The notes beneath the pieces were generated by a model, which was not told the DNA's origin, did no database searches, and worked only from the letters and a program-made list of their open reading frames with translations. Made by a program: the position numbers and the translations under genes. From NCBI GenBank assembly GCA_043228905.1, contig JBHGNT010000011.1:2480001-2544000 (forward strand): 64,000 nucleotides of DNA, written 5' to 3'. Every line of letters begins with the position of its first letter. Positions within the stretch are counted from its first letter, which is position 1. This document shows, one piece after another, positions 58,701-64,000 of this stretch. The DNA is from Azolla caroliniana (Eukaryota > Plantae > Polypodiophyta).

Positions 58701-61700
58701 GGACCTTCATTACTTCCTCGGGATCGAAGTGATCCGTACCCCCGAAGGCATATTGATCAGCCAACGTCATTACGTGCTGGGTATGCTCTTCAAACTCGGG
58801 ATGGTCGACTGTAAGTCCGTCTCAACTCCTCTGGACAGAACCATCAAGCTTCGTCCCGATACGGGAAAGGTATGCGACCCGACGAGGTTCCGACAAATTG
58901 TCGGAAGCCTCATATACTTGACCATCACCCGACCCGACCTCAGTTATCCGGTCGGAGTGATCAGTCAGTTCATGGCGTGACCTACCGAGGAGCACCTTTA
59001 GTGTGCGCAACGCATACTTCGGTATGTCAACGGCACTAAGGACCGGGGACTGCTATATCGGACCGGTGCGGCCGCGCGTTTTGTCGGCGACACCGATGCT
59101 GATTGGGTTGGCAATGCCGCCGATCACCGATCCACGTCCGGATATGCGTTCTCCCTCGGGAGTGCCGCGATCGCGTGGAGCAGTAAGAAGCAGCCAACAG
59201 TTGCCTTGTCGAGCACCGAAGCTGAGTACCGAGGAGCGGATGTTGCGACATGCGAAGCCATATGGTTGAAGCGGCTACTTAAGGACCTGCAAGAGGAGGT
59301 GTCAGATCCGACAACGATGTTCTGCGACAACCTCAGCAGCATCCAGCTCGCGAGGAACCCCGTTTTCCACGCACGAACCAAGCACATTAAGGTGCATTAC
59401 CATTTCATCCGTGAGCGTGTCCTTTCCGGTGAAGTCGAACTTCAGTACGTGCTGACGGATCGGCAGACTGCCGACATGTTCACAAAGCCTCTTAGTCTAG
59501 ACAAGTTGCGGCAATTCTCAGGTGCGCTCAGGTTGCGTCACCTCGATGTGCCGAGCTTGAGGGGGAGAACAGTCCCGAACGACCAAGCAAAGCAGTAGGA
59601 AAGGAGCGGAGGCCGCGATACCGAGTCGGCTGACTCGGCTGTTGACTCGGTTGTCGAGTTCGACTTCGGAATATATTTGGGAGTTAGTGTAGGAGCTCTT
59701 AATGAGCATTGAAGTACTGTCAGTACTCCACTCAGTCCTTCTAGGGCTTGTACAAAGTGTTCATTGAACACATATATGTATAGTTTTTTGTCTTTCATAA
59801 TATATTCTCCCTTTGGTGTCTTCTCTCAAACTCTCTCGGTCTCTCCCGCGTATACTATGTAAGCTCAAGCTCTCCATTAAACCTGAGTGTTCTCCCTTCT
59901 GTTCTGTCTTTATACTTGATTCCGCACACTACTTTTTACAATTCTCCCGGGTACACACAGCCGTTCGAAACGCTCCGAACTTCGATGCCAAACCTCCGAG
60001 ACAGATCGGGACCATCTCGCTCTCCTTGATGTTCAACTCTATGGAGGCGAGGGAGTCGCAGATATCCTTGATCTTCGAGGTATAGTCCGCCACCGACAAG
60101 TCGCATTGTCGTAGGTTGCTCAACTCTTGTCGGAGCTGAAGCTTACTGGCTGTGGTGCTCGCGGCGAAAATCTGCTTCAGATTTTCCCACGCACCCTTCG
60201 GCGTCTTTGCATCCCGAACATAGCTCAATAGTTGTTCGCCCACACACGACGCGAAGAAGTATAATACCCTGCTCGCCGATTGCTCCCATGACGGGAAGTC
60301 TCTGTGTGTCGATTCGGGTGCCGCGTTATTAGCTCCTTCGACATAACTCCAGTAGTCGTGGCCGAGCAGGTACTGGTGCATCTTGTAGCACCAAGACGCG
60401 TAGTTGGTTCTGTCGAGCTTCTCTGTTGGAAGCGAGCTCGCCATGCCTCTATCCATCGTTCCTCTTGTTCTTCTTCGTCAAGCTGTGTCGGCTGCAGAGA
60501 GGTTCTCAACCCTCGCGCTCTGATACCATGTAGAAAGTACCGTGCGGAAGCAAGTATAAAGACAGAACAGAAGGAAGAACACTCAGGTTTAATGGAGAGC
60601 TTGAGCTTACACAGTATACGCGGGAGAGAATGTGTGTGTATAGTTTAAAAAAGAAACAACAACAACATATATGTGTTCAATGAACACTTTGTACAAGTCC
60701 TAGGAGGACTGATCGAAGTACTGACAGTACTTCAATGCTCATTAAGAGCTCTTACACTAACTCCCAAATATATTCCTCACGGAATATCTTTCCTAACGGC
60801 CTAACCGATCGGTCCCAACCGATCCGGTCCTCGGCTTCTTCAGTCGACCGGGCCGATGTTGAGCTTGTCTCTCAACAACTACCAATGTCATAATCAATAT
60901 CTGAATGCTTATCACCAATCATCATAAATGTTAACCCTAAAATTGACAACAATAGGGTGCCGTATATTCACGTCGAATGCCGCGTTCCCAGCAAAATTTG
61001 ACGAATTCGTCAGACTTGAATTCTCCTCCATTATTGGTTTGGAGACATTTTAGTTTCTGACCGGTCTGGTTTTCAACCATTGCAAGCCATTCGGAGAAGA
61101 TCGAGAACACCCGATCTTTGGTTCTAATGGGGTAAGCCCACACCTTCTGAGTCGAGTTATGAATAAAATTGACGAAGTACGAAGCACCGCCGAGAGACTG
61201 ATGTGGCATCGGGCCACAGACGTCCGAGTGGACAAAATTGAGGGGACTCAATTCTCTTGGTGCTCATGCCGGGTGTGATGTGGCTACCTATTTGCCGTAC
61301 TGGCAATGCTCGCAGAATTGGTGATCCGAGAAGGAGAGCTTGGGAATGTAACCGGCTCTAGATAGGTGCGTTATGCCGGCCTTGCTGAGGTGTCCAAGTC
61401 GTCTGTGCCATAACGATGACAGAGGGATATCAACTAAAAATAGGTCACCCTCTTTGATTGTGACATATAAAGGGTACAAGGAATGTACCTTTGGTCCTCG
61501 AGCAAGCAGGAGGTTCCCTTTGTGGAGTGTCCACCCTCCTGACGAGAACCCGGCATGAATGCCAGCTTCGTCAAGTTGTTTGACTGAGATCAAGGGTCTT
61601 GAAAGCTCAGGAACGTGTTGGATGTTGTGTAGTACGAGTGTAGAGCCACCCGGAAGTTTGAGCTCTACGGTGCCGATTCCAATTATGGCACAATGTTGCG

Positions 61701-64000
61701 AGTTCCCGACTCAAACTGAGTCGGAGTGCCGGTCCGAGTATTGCCAAAACTGAGATCGGTGAGGTTTCACATGATACAATGCGCCCGAGTCCAGGAGCCA
61801 TGTGCTCGATTCCTCAGTCATAAGCAGAACTTCTAATTCGATTGGGTTCTCTATGGACTGTATGTTCGGGTCGGTTGTCAAGGTGTTGCACGTTCTGACG
61901 ATCACGAAAAACTTGGTCCCGGTCGGACAGATCGTCGACCAAGTAATGGAGGTTTGGTTTACACACATCGGGTGCTTCATTGAGGAAGAAGGCCGTGTGA
62001 TTGTGTAAGGGCGCAGAGACAAGAGGATGTTCATCCTCGACTCCACTGACGGCGGCACCGCAATGTTCGCGAAGGGACAAAAAACCGAGTCGGACATCGA
62101 CTTGTGGCACAAGCGGATAGGCCACGTCAACCACCAACGGCTTCAAGATCTGCAATCGAAACGAGTAGTGTTCGGATTGCCCAAATTTAGTGGCCGAAAG
62201 GCACAAAATTGTGAAGCCTGCCAGCTCGGAAAGCAACACCAACTTCCCTTCCCAAAGGAGCGAAACTGGAGCCAGAACAAGCTCGACCTTATACACTCCG
62301 ATGTATGGGGGCTGGCACAAAACGTTAGTTTTGGCGGGAGCCGATATTTCGTCTCCTTCATCGACGACCACACGCGGCACACGTGGATCTACCTTATTGT
62401 GAGGAAGAGCGAAGTCTTCGACTATTTCCGGGACCTCAAAGGGTTCGTGGAAACGGAAACGGGACGAAAGATCAAGTGCCTGCGGTCGGATGGCGGGAAA
62501 GAGTACTTTTCCGGTCAATTCAACGGTTACCTACAACAAATGGGAATTCACCGTGAATTCAGTTGTAGATACACACCAGAGCAAAACGGCATGGCCGAGA
62601 GGAAGAATCGGTCAATTGTGGAAGCAGCACGGGCAATGCTGGAGGAGAAGAGCTTGCCCAAGTTCTATTGGGCCGAGGCGGTAAGGACCGCGGTATACAT
62701 CCAGAACCGGATTGGAGACAAAGTGTCGGCGCACGAGCTATATTTCAGAACGAAGTCGAACTTGCGACACTTGAGGGTGTTCGGTAGCATTGCGTATGTG
62801 CATATACCGAAGGAGACTGCCGACATCTTCACAAAGCCTCTTGGTTTTGACAAGTTGCGGCAATTCTCAGGTGCGCTCGGGTTGCGTCACCTCGAGGTGC
62901 CGAACTTGAGGGAGAGAACAGTCCCGAACGACCAAGCAAGGCAGCAGGAAAGGAGCGGAGACCGCGACACCGAGTCGGTTGAGAAGTTCGACTTCGGATC
63001 CTCTGAAGAAGCTGAGGGTGGACCCGCGGAAAAGTCCGGAAGCGGACAGAAGGGGAGCAACCGAAGGAGAGAGCCGAAGCCAACCACGCATGGGGGAGAT
63101 GACGCCATCGAGGGCGAGAAGACTGAAGACAAGTTGGAGACAGCCAACTTGGACGAGAGCGAAAACCGATCGGAGGTAGCCGAGTCGGTTCGGATGTTTG
63201 ATTCAGACACGTTGAATCAACCGAGGCCCAAGCGGAAGAAAAGGCAGCAGAAGAAGTGTCAACACTACAACAGCAGAAGAGCTGATAAGGGCCACATGAG
63301 CAGACAAGCCGACCGGAAGGGTCGAAGCGCGCGGAGTTGAACAGGTCGAGGAGCGCGAGCGAGGCGTGAAGCCAGGAGGAACCGGAGTTGTGAAGATCCC
63401 AAAGAGCCTCAAGTTGAGCTAGAAGTGGAGTGTTGAGAGACAAGCTCAACATCGGCCGGATCGGCTAAAGAAGCCGAGGACCGGATCGGTTGGGACCGAT
63501 TGGTTAGGCTGTTAGGAAAGATATTCCGTAAGGAATATATTTGGGAGTTAGTGTAAGAGCTCTTAATGAGCATTGAAGTACTGTCAGTACTTCGGTCAGT
63601 CCTCCTAGGACTTGTACAAAGTGTTCATTGAACACATATATGTTGTTGTTGTTTCTTTTTTAAAATATACACACACATTCTCTCCCGCGTATATTGTGTA
63701 AGCTCAAGCTCTCCATTAAACCTGAGTGTTCTTCCTTCTGTTCTGTCTTTATACTTGCTTCCGCACGGTACTTTCTACAATAGTGATGAAGATGGAAATG
63801 GTGATGGCGATAAGAATCATTGTGGGTGATAGCATGATGTGCATTGAGAAGCATTGTGGGGTGGGGGGTGGTGCCTAGAAAGGCTCCACCCCCCTCCCAA
63901 GGGGTTCAACGTAAAGGGGGAGAGAGATGAAAAGAGAGATAGATAGAGAGAAATGATTCATTCCTTCATTCATTCCCCATAAGGGGTTAAATAGTACAAG

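Larger units (their letters stand above)
44174..61881. repeat. Right arm of a ~6-kb inverted duplication of 36748-42822, interrupted by B2 (44252-56376)
   Basis: 44174-44251 plus 56377-61881 is the reverse complement of 36748-42822, including the same C/D, D/A2 and A2/A3 junctions. Confidence 0.9.
37752..63779 (+). mobile_element. Copia family A element A2 (outer LTR pair), with a rearranged interior
   Basis: LTRs 37752-38100 and 63431-63779 are the same subtype. TSD ATAGT (37747-51 / 63780-84). PBS 38101-38112, gag 38173-38675. The IN and RH remnant 61882-63430 has RT deleted at about 62813. Confidence 0.9.

Overview
Plant genomic DNA, probably a fern or other seed-free plant (inferred from TE families). 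Bases 1-4.3 kb hold the first 15 exons of an ERECTA-family LRR receptor kinase on the minus strand; the gene continues off the left edge. Bases 4.3-17.4 kb are AT-rich intergenic DNA with microsatellites and a 5'-truncated L1 LINE with a 16-bp TSD. Bases 17.4-64 kb are one LTR-retrotransposon nest, up to 8 levels deep. It contains three Copia families (my labels A, B, C), a Tcn1-like chromovirus, a young fungal-like Gypsy (F), a gag-only non-autonomous relative of F, a solo LTR, a hAT MITE and a ~6-kb inverted duplication. Most notable: (i) antisense tRNA-like Pol III A/B-box cassettes in U3 of two distinct Gypsy families; (ii) a young gag-only element sharing the tRNA-Trp PBS, pre-PPT motif, LTR tips and 4-bp TSD with F; (iii) a GGATTTT plus pseudoknot -1 frameshift signal between protease and RT in F; (iv) covarying hairpin arrays in Copia U3. 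All comparisons were made by eye and lineage names come from recalled motifs, not searches.
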